A model generated the notes under the pieces. It made no database searches and was not told the origin of the DNA. It saw only the letters and a list, made by a program, of their open reading frames with translations. A DNA stretch of 64,000 nt. Origin: an uncultured archaeon (GTDB lineage Archaea; Thermoproteota; Nitrososphaeria; Nitrososphaerales; Gagatemarchaeaceae). The stretch's first letter is position 1. Each line of letters opens with the position of its first letter. Made by a program: the position numbers and the translations under genes. The stretch is taken from contig CAWFOU010000001.1 in NCBI GenBank assembly GCA_963817525.1, positions 672,001 through 736,000 of the forward strand. Reading direction: 5' to 3'. Positions 57,726-64,000 of the stretch are shown here, in pieces.

Positions 57726-57748
57726 GGGTGATGTCCTACTGGCGTTCT

Positions 57749-57820
57749 CTAGCCCTTCAGGGTTTCGAGCGCGGCCATGGCGACGGGTGGCACCTTCTTG
57801 GACTCGGGACACCTCTCCTT
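57749..57820 (-). pseudogene. Relic of the 3' end of a paralogue of 53531-54535
   Basis: Reads KERCPESKKVPPVAMAALETLKG*, versus QERWDEFKKMPPVAMAALEPLKD*. Confidence 0.75.
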
Positions 57821-57867
57821 CGAGTGACCACTATTGCGATTCAGCGAACGCTGCGCGCTCGTTTTCA

Positions 57868-57887
57868 ATTAATAGTTTTGTCCGAAC
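57868..57887 (-). promoter_or_regulatory. Extended promoter motif (copy 3)
   Basis: Exact ATTAATAGTTTTGTCCGAAC on the + strand. Confidence 0.7.
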
Positions 57888-58004
57888 CGTTCGTGATGGC
57901 GGCCGAGGCAAGATGAACCCCTATGCACGGCCAGTCTTCGATACGATTTCCGCCGCCTTCCGAACCCGCTCTCACGGACTCGGCGAACGCAGAATCATGG
58001 AAGC

Positions 58005-58442
58005 CTACAACCGCTTCAATGTCTTACTCGCTTCATACATCGAGACTCCAATTGCAGCGACATTTACGATGATCGCAAAGAAGTAGAGCGAGTTTACGGT
58101 CGCGGGCCTCAGAAATACCAACAGGATGATGAGTGTAACTCCAAAAAAGGCCACATAGGCCATATGCACAGGGATCGAGATTCTCCTTATCCTGACGACG
58201 TTCTCGAGCGTAACTTTGTCGACCACGTAACCTCCCTGCTCTTCTTTGACGAGCCCGAGAAGCACCAGCTTTCTAAGATGATACTGGGCAACAGAGGGAG
58301 AGCTGAGAGTCACTCCCTTCTGAACTTCGCGGATGCCTACGGGGCCCCTTTGTTTCAGCATGTAGCGATAGACCTTGTACGACGTGCCAGATAGGCGAGT
58401 GTCGGAGCGTTCGTCGGCGTCGTTCGGTCCCTCGTCTGCCAA
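58005..58442 (-). CDS. N-terminal wHTH protein with two C-terminal TM helices
   Basis: GIREVQKGVTLSSPSVAQYHLRKLVLLGLV, then two hydrophobic helices. Confidence 0.8.
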   Translation of the reverse strand: MADEGPNDADERSDTRLSGTSYKVYRYMLKQRGPVGIREVQKGVTLSSPSVAQYHLRKLVLLGLVKEEQGGYVVDKVTLENVVRIRRISIPVHMAYVAFFGVTLIILLVFLRPATVNSLYFFAIIVNVAAIGVSMYEASKTLKRL

Positions 58443-58571
58443 GCTGAACTCCTAACCGTCCGCAAGTCTATTGAAGATATAATACTACATGTTAGTACGG
58501 TCGCGAACTCACGTCCTAAAGCGTAGTAATGTATAGCCTGCCAAGCGTGCATAGAGATAAGGTAAGTCGAA

Positions 58572-59234
58572 TTGGCGGAATACAAGAAGGAAATCACCGC
58601 TGCGGTGGCTGTGGCGGTGCTAGCAGCCCTTACGGTGGGCATACTGGCAATCACAGTGTTCCCGAATGGACTTGGTACGACCAGTACCAGTGCCACCACC
58701 CCTGGTGGCTTTGGCGCCCTCGGTATCTCGCCGTTGGCGGGGGAACTATCCGGGCGTGATGTCTCTTGCTCCCTCGCCGGCGGCGTCTGCACCCTGACGA
58801 TAGTGAATAACAGCACAACGCCTCTGGAGCTTGAGACATGTTATGTCCAAGGAATAACAAGTGTCAACGTGATTACTACCACGTACGCCGCAAGTACCGA
58901 ATCGACCACTACGACCTACATCGCTCTTCCAAACGGGACGACAGTAACCGTGACCTCCGTCCCGAGTAGCTCTGTCGCTGCAGCTTCGACGGTCACCGAG
59001 ACTGTTCCGCAATCCAACATTGTCAACGGGACGGTGGGCGGCCCGGCCACGGCGGGCATCCAAGCCAATTCCCAAGTCACCGCGACCTGCACGGTGCCTA
59101 CCACGCAGTTCGCACCTCAGACAGTTGGTTCCGTCGCCAGTGGGGGCTTCAGGGTGAAGCTCGTCAATTCCGCTGATGGCTCCCCTGCTGGCGCGACGAC
59201 CGTGGCTGGGTTCGAAGGCACATGGGGCCCGTAG
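58572..59234 (+). CDS. Membrane-anchored Thr-rich secreted protein
   Basis: N-terminal TM, Cys pairs, Thr-rich. Confidence 0.65.
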   Translation: MAEYKKEITAAVAVAVLAALTVGILAITVFPNGLGTTSTSATTPGGFGALGISPLAGELSGRDVSCSLAGGVCTLTIVNNSTTPLELETCYVQGITSVNVITTTYAASTESTTTTYIALPNGTTVTVTSVPSSSVAAASTVTETVPQSNIVNGTVGGPATAGIQANSQVTATCTVPTTQFAPQTVGSVASGGFRVKLVNSADGSPAGATTVAGFEGTWGP

Positions 59235-59440
59235 TAGACGCCCGATGAAAAGCCGTTCATACTATGCCTCCACGAAGTAGGAATCAGAAAGAAGACAGGG
59301 TTCTGCTCAACGGGCGGCTCACCCTTCTCAACTTGCCTCTGTTGGGGTAAGCGCATAGGTGAGCAGGGCAAGCCATTTCTGCTCTCCCCGGGCACCGATT
59401 CCCGCCATCACCCGCCGACGCAACAGCACCGTCAGAACGA

Positions 59441-60022
59441 CTACGGACTGGAATTGAGTTGCGGATTCTCAATTTCGCTCGGTATCCTTTCTCGAAGTTC
59501 TGTTATGAGTTTTAGCATTAGCCTGCCTTGCTCACTTAGCTTGTAGAGCTTCACAGACCCTGATTCCGCATAGAGCGTAATCAAACCAAAGCGCTTGAGC
59601 AAGTCAATTTCTCTGTCTACCTCTTTCCAGTCCAGGCCTGAAAGTTTAGAAAGTTCTGCCCTTTGTCTGGGCTCACCCAGATAGTTTAGAAGCGTCAACC
59701 TCGATTTCGCTCCTCTCATGTTGATCATCAGCTGGAACACATCTTTGTCAAAGCCCAGTTCTCTCCATTTGCGGCTGATGCCTTTCCTGAAGAAAGTCAC
59801 GCCGAAGATAGCCCAGCTGGACGCAGACAATGACAGGGAGTTTCTCCAAAAGGGGAGGAAGACGTTCTGCAGAAGGGTCGGTTGCTGAGGGTTGAATGCT
59901 CCCCAGGTCACGCCTAAAGGACCGCTGCCGGCCGTGGAAAACAGAGAGTAATCGAACGCAAGGATGGTCTCTAATGAAGCGAATGCGAAAAGAATCCAGA
60001 GAGCCAGGCGAAGCTTCTTCAA
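59441..60022 (-). CDS. Membrane-tethered winged-helix regulator, paralogue of 51913-52596
   Basis: W.ELGFDKDVFQL..NMRGAKSR...LDWKEVDR aligns with the paralogue; TTG start ~25 nt below a TATAATAAA box. Confidence 0.8.
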   Translation of the reverse strand: MKKLRLALWILFAFASLETILAFDYSLFSTAGSGPLGVTWGAFNPQQPTLLQNVFLPFWRNSLSLSASSWAIFGVTFFRKGISRKWRELGFDKDVFQLMINMRGAKSRLTLLNYLGEPRQRAELSKLSGLDWKEVDREIDLLKRFGLITLYAESGSVKLYKLSEQGRLMLKLITELRERIPSEIENPQLNSSP

Positions 60023-60126
60023 AAGAGCTGACTTTTGGACTCGTTTATTATATTTGAGCGTTTCCCAGATCTTTCTGGCAAACCAATACGTATTTTCGAG
60101 TTCCTCTGTAATAGACGACTCTCGCG

Positions 60127-60942
60127 ATGAGCAAACTCGCATGCAAAGGCCGGATTTGGCCATTGGCCGCCATCATAACGCTGATGATGCTCTCGTTGGT
60201 AGCGGCGGCAGCCCTTGCCGCCCCAAGCCCGACGGCATTATCTCTCACACCCGCGTCGGACTCCCAAACCTGCTTTCAAAATATCAACGGCGCCCTAGCA
60301 CAACAAACTGCGTTGAGTCCTGGTACGGCTACCCAACTACTGAAAGTTGCTGAGACCTCCAGCCAGTATCAGGCTTTCGCTCAAGCTGGAGAAACAGTAT
60401 CATTGGTCTCAGCAAGCCCTGCAATTGAGTATGGCATGGCAACGGGATGCGCCGGAATCACAGTAGAAGCCTATACTTTCAGCTTCATATCTGGGGGGAA
60501 GGAGCTCTCAATCGGGGTTGACCCTAGCACAATGAGTGTGGTTAGGACACTTATAGTTCCGGCAGTCAGTTGGGGCGGCGCGCTCAACTCCTCATCGTAT
60601 CTGGGCGATGCAAGCAAAGGGGTTGGCTCCGGGACGGCATCCCTCACGGTCCTCCTCGTCCAAAGCACCTCCACGACATCCACATCCACAGCCTCAGCTT
60701 CTTCGTCGGCGACGATTTCCATCACGGTGAGTAATGGGACGACCACGGTGTATAACGACACTTCACCGTTCGGGGCAGCCACCCCGCCCAAGCCCACCGA
60801 GGTTCAGGCGTCAACTGCCTACCTGATCCTGGCAGCAGTCGCTGTCATCGTGGTCCTGTTCGGTGTGGTGATGTGGCGGAGGAAGGTCGCGTGCAATCAA
60901 AGAAGTCAGCTTAGGCGACCATCAGCGCCCAGCACCCGATGA
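60127..60942 (+). CDS. Secreted protein with C-terminal TM anchor, divergent from the wHTH gene
   Basis: Signal peptide, Cys pair, S/T linker, TM + WRRK. Confidence 0.72.
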   Translation: MSKLACKGRIWPLAAIITLMMLSLVAAAALAAPSPTALSLTPASDSQTCFQNINGALAQQTALSPGTATQLLKVAETSSQYQAFAQAGETVSLVSASPAIEYGMATGCAGITVEAYTFSFISGGKELSIGVDPSTMSVVRTLIVPAVSWGGALNSSSYLGDASKGVGSGTASLTVLLVQSTSTTSTSTASASSSATISITVSNGTTTVYNDTSPFGAATPPKPTEVQASTAYLILAAVAVIVVLFGVVMWRRKVACNQRSQLRRPSAPSTR

Positions 60943-61329
60943 AGGCTTGGTCGTTTGCCATCTGCCGACAATGATCATGGCCAACCCCGCAACGGCTGCC
61001 AAGAACCCCCCGTAGAAGAATTCGTAGTATCCTGCTAGACTGCAGACTCCCATGCACACCGTCTGGTTCAGCAGGAGGAACGCGCCCAAGGCGACTAGCA
61101 ATCCAACCGAGATGACCTTCCATCCCGCACCGATGAGAGCATTGGTTCTCTGACCTGGAGTCGTCCGCCTTCGAAGGAAACCAAGGCAAATGAAGAGCGC
61201 GCCCCCCAGGATGCTCAGCAGCCCCAAGTCTGCGAGAGCGGTGCTAGGATTGATCGGGCCGGCAAAAAAAAGGACCTGCGAGATCAGTCCAAGCGCAATG
61301 AGGAGCAGACCCAATCGGAGAAAGTTCAT
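60922..61329 (-). CDS. Four-TM membrane protein
   Basis: Four hydrophobic helices; motif variant GTTCGGACAAAGCCATTTAG at 61367-61386 upstream. Confidence 0.6.
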   Translation of the reverse strand: MNFLRLGLLLIALGLISQVLFFAGPINPSTALADLGLLSILGGALFICLGFLRRRTTPGQRTNALIGAGWKVISVGLLVALGAFLLLNQTVCMGVCSLAGYYEFFYGGFLAAVAGLAMIIVGRWQTTKPSSGAGR

Positions 61330-61505
61330 CCTTCCACCTCGTGTGCGATTGTGTATCATGTCATCCCTAAATGGCTTTGTCCGAACCTTTCTGGGGTTGT
61401 GTTAACTCTTCGCGACATCGGCCTCTCCTGAGCAGCCGTTAATTGTCAGGACATGATCGGTTGTGGTAACCTAAAGGGTCACGTCTGAACGTTATAACTG
61501 CCGGG

Positions 61506-61757
61506 TCATTTAGCCGGAAGGCATCCGGTCTGACCTTGTATGAACGAATCCCTCGATACATTTGTCAATCCATCTGACAGGAAGAATACAGCGCAATGAT
61601 GAGATGGAACGTAACCGAGTCCAATACCCAACATCAGCCCCGTTGTGGAGACGTAAACTTCAGTCCCCTGCTGATTGTCAAAGAAGAGAGGAAAAATGGG
61701 AAATAGCGTTAGCAGGAGCCCAATAATGACGACGGCCACTGCGATTTTGCGACCCAT
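61506..61757 (-). CDS. Small membrane-anchored protein
   Basis: N-terminal TM; S...G.G..PS pattern resembles 63078-63317. Confidence 0.5.
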   Translation of the reverse strand: MGRKIAVAVVIIGLLLTLFPIFPLFFDNQQGTEVYVSTTGLMLGIGLGYVPSHHCAVFFLSDGLTNVSRDSFIQGQTGCLPAK

Positions 61758-61928
61758 TTCCTCAATGGTAGCTCAGAGTTCCAAAGCAGAGGTTCACCAT
61801 TAGTCTTTCTTTGAGGCGCCACAGGTTTTATGTCCAGAGGAGTTAGGAGAACCCTTTCTGGTGCGCCTTCAAGCGAGCGTATCTGCTTCAGTTCGGTATT
61901 GCCGCGCGGATTGTTCTGAGCGATTGAC

Positions 61929-62489
61929 CTATTGAACAGTCACGCTGACTATCGCCTGCGGAAGATTCTCGTAACCTACCACGACCTGGTAGATTCCGGG
62001 CGCTGACGCACCGAACAGGAAGCTGAACTGCAATGGTCCGTCGTAGGTCACGTTTGAGGAATAGAGGGCGTACGTGTCGTTAATGGCCTGGGCGTGGTAC
62101 TCCGGAGGAAGGTCTGCGAGCAGGAAGCTGCTCGGGGCCTCCAGGGTGAAGTTCGAGATCCCAGACCCCGCGATGTTGAGCTTTACGCAGACCCCGCCTC
62201 CCTGGCTGACCGTCATCTTGAGTGGAGGGGGAGAGAACTCCGAGCTCGAGGATGAGAAGGACCTGCTCGATGTAGTTAGGTCAGGCGTGGCAAAACTCGT
62301 AAGATTGAATGATGCACATGTGATCTGCCCGGTCACAGTGTAAGCTGTCTGGGTGTAGAGGCTTTGAGAGCTCGTGATGGTGCTCTGGCTCGATTTGGAT
62401 GGGCTGAAAGCGAGCAGGAGAGCGATGCCACCGACCAATATGACGAGAACGACGACGCCTAGCACGGCGTAGCGGTTCCTGCTCGGCAA
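61929..62489 (-). CDS. Membrane-anchored secreted protein
   Basis: Basic N-terminus + TM, S-rich linker, Ig-like end (APGIYQVVVG). Confidence 0.65.
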   Translation of the reverse strand: MPSRNRYAVLGVVVLVILVGGIALLLAFSPSKSSQSTITSSQSLYTQTAYTVTGQITCASFNLTSFATPDLTTSSRSFSSSSSEFSPPPLKMTVSQGGGVCVKLNIAGSGISNFTLEAPSSFLLADLPPEYHAQAINDTYALYSSNVTYDGPLQFSFLFGASAPGIYQVVVGYENLPQAIVSVTVQ

Positions 62490-62523
62490 CCCGATTGACT
62501 AGATGCGGAAATCCCTTATCAAT

Positions 62524-62805
62524 CTAGCGGGCAGGAGATTCTGTGAGATCTCCTGCGTGGAGCAGTTCTGTCGGTGACGAATGGCCTCTGTGCAATCCAT
62601 CGACTAGCAAAGCAATTCCGGCAAGGGAGGTAGCCCATACGGTTACGATGGATTCTTCCAGGGCCCGCAAAGAGATGATGGGGGCGAGGCCAACGATAAG
62701 CAAATTCCCGGACCCCAGACTACTGAGAGCCAACAGCAGCACCACAAGTCTCCATACGCCATACCCCAAAAGGGCGAACCCCGCCACAACCTCTAATCGA
62801 TTCAT
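62524..62805 (-). CDS. Small membrane protein
   Basis: Hydrophobic helices, ATG start. Confidence 0.45.
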   Translation of the reverse strand: MNRLEVVAGFALLGYGVWRLVVLLLALSSLGSGNLLIVGLAPIISLRALEESIVTVWATSLAGIALLVDGLHRGHSSPTELLHAGDLTESPAR

Positions 62806-62937
62806 CCCCTCACCTGCGGGTTCTGGCGCGTCTTATGGACTTCCCGCCTTTTTGGGTTCCGCTCCGAAAGCGGGGGGATAGGCAAGGGTGCTCCGATTGG
62901 GGGATGGTTGCCAAAATCGCGGGCGCGGACCAGCGGA

Positions 62938-63074
62938 CATGGTCAAACTCAAAGCCACATGCGGCTTTGGAAGGCCAGACTCCGGCACAGAGGGCGGGCG
63001 TGGGCGTCCAAGGGAAGAACAAGTGGTTAGCCATCCTGACTGAGGCCGTAAATAGAGCGGAGCTCACAACTTGA
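62938..63074 (+). pseudogene. C-terminal relic of an archaeal IS6-like DDE transposase
   Basis: N.KPHAALEGQTPAQRAGVGVQGKNKWLAILTEA resembles the RPH..L.G.TPA..AG......W tail. Confidence 0.65.
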
Positions 63075-63077
63075 GCC

Positions 63078-63317
63078 ATGCGAAGAATAGTGGTCTTGTT
63101 CGTGCTGGTCGTCGCACTCGGCGTCTTCTTCTTCCTTCCTTTCTATTCCCCACCCGGTCCCTGCAACCGGCCCGGCGTGATATGCGCGGAGCAAGTTAGA
63201 CCAATTGAATCAGCTAGCTGCGCGGTCACGGGGGTCGGGACCTACATCCCCAGCAATCTCTACGCCCAGCCCGTAATTGTCCACTACCGTCTTGGCTGCA
63301 TCAACTATGCAAAGTGA
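63078..63317 (+). CDS. Small secreted Cys-rich protein (possible IS cargo)
   Basis: Signal anchor, four Cys; starts 3 nt after the transposase-relic stop. Confidence 0.55.
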   Translation: MRRIVVLFVLVVALGVFFFLPFYSPPGPCNRPGVICAEQVRPIESASCAVTGVGTYIPSNLYAQPVIVHYRLGCINYAK

Positions 63318-63436
63318 AGCGCTAGGGGCTCGCCCCGCTGTGAGCGTCACTTATCCCCCCAAGCGGAGCGGCGAATTGAATCCCCCACTCTACGGAGCGG
63401 AACCCCTTTTTGTCGTGAGGTGGTGCAACTCGGGAC

Positions 63437-63634
63437 TCATGGCCCGTGCCAAATAGCGAAAGTGGCTTTACAATCGTTGCATTCCAATCCATGCCCGCAG
63501 AAGCGACTGGTTCCCCAATGAACTTTTCCTTCGACTCCGACTCCCGAATGGAAGACGAGGTTGGGTTTCCCGCATTTGGGACAGATGGCGTGAATTGTCG
63601 TGCCACACTCAGGACAAGTTAGACTCGCGCTCAA
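63437..63634 (-). CDS. Multi-CxxC zinc-finger microprotein (possible IS cargo)
   Basis: CPEC, CPKC, CGH, CNDC. Confidence 0.5.
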   Translation of the reverse strand: MSASLTCPECGTTIHAICPKCGKPNLVFHSGVGVEGKVHWGTSRFCGHGLECNDCKATFAIWHGP

Positions 63635-63770
63635 CTTGTTTTTCCGTCGCCGACTCCGTTGCCCGCCTGATAAGTTCCTTCCACTTTATTTCCTCAAGGT
63701 CAAGGTCTAACCCCGCGACCTGAGTGGGAGTCTTTCCATCCAGGCCGAGCGTACAAATCCACTGGGACAG
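63609..63770 (-). pseudogene. Second IS6-like transposase C-terminal relic
   Basis: GLDGKTPTQVAGLDLDLEEIKWKELIRRA. Confidence 0.6.
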
Positions 63771-64000
63771 GGCCCGAACCCGGTCAGCAGCCACAATTCA
63801 CTTTGTCAATCGGTCTTCACGCCGGGTGATTTTCGGACCGTTAGTTAGACATCCACGATGAAATCAGAGGACATGGCGAGAAGGGGCTTCGTGCGGGTCG
63901 AGGTGTCTGGATATCCCGGGCGGTCCTCTTTGCGCTTGAGCGGATCTCCAGAGAGCCCCAACCTCAGCTAGAACCATCCTAGGTGGCACCTGGCGCCCGA

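Noticed and set aside
51322-57887. Repeated 20-24-mer as a CRISPR repeat
   Set aside because: Copies are few and irregularly spaced (162 bp to 6 kb), contain a TATA box, and no cas genes are present
61767-61800. GGTAGCTCAG resembling a tRNA D-arm start or att site
   Set aside because: No anticodon arm, T arm or acceptor pairing follows
46898-64000. Accessory region as a provirus or integrative conjugative element
   Set aside because: No integrase, capsid, replication gene or att repeat is visible within the window

Overview
This is a GC-rich archaeal chromosome segment. The gene set (ESCRT-III/Vps4 Cdv genes, L40e, deoxyhypusine synthase, a TFB paralogue, cupredoxins, a PEF-CTERM protein) suggests Nitrososphaerota/TACK; that placement is inference. 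Bases 1-47000 are mostly core genes: purH, argF, sucCD, aspS, ileS, cysS, cdvB/cdvC, a ParA pair, a heme-copper oxidase operon, H+-PPase, dys, tRNA-Val(CAC) and intron-containing tRNA-Cys(GCA). They also hold a divergent pilin-like operon facing a T4P ATPase-TadC-TadC-pilin-HerA operon. Selfish elements embedded in this part: a 361-aa endonuclease intein in the Walker A motif of CdvC, two free-standing LAGLIDADG genes each beside a tRNA gene (one bracketed by a degenerate tRNA-Val piece), and a 400-bp protein-less IS200/IS605 element that appears to keep an omegaRNA-like scaffold and sits in the ileS promoter. Bases 47000-64000 are an accessory region with a nucleotidyltransferase TA-like pair and many modular secreted or membrane-anchored proteins. 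It also has membrane-tethered winged-helix regulators paired divergently with secreted proteins, a recurring extended promoter motif (GTTCGGACAAAACTATTAAT) and transposase relics followed by small cargo genes. No CRISPR array or rRNA was seen. All calls come from reading motifs by eye; no database searches were run.
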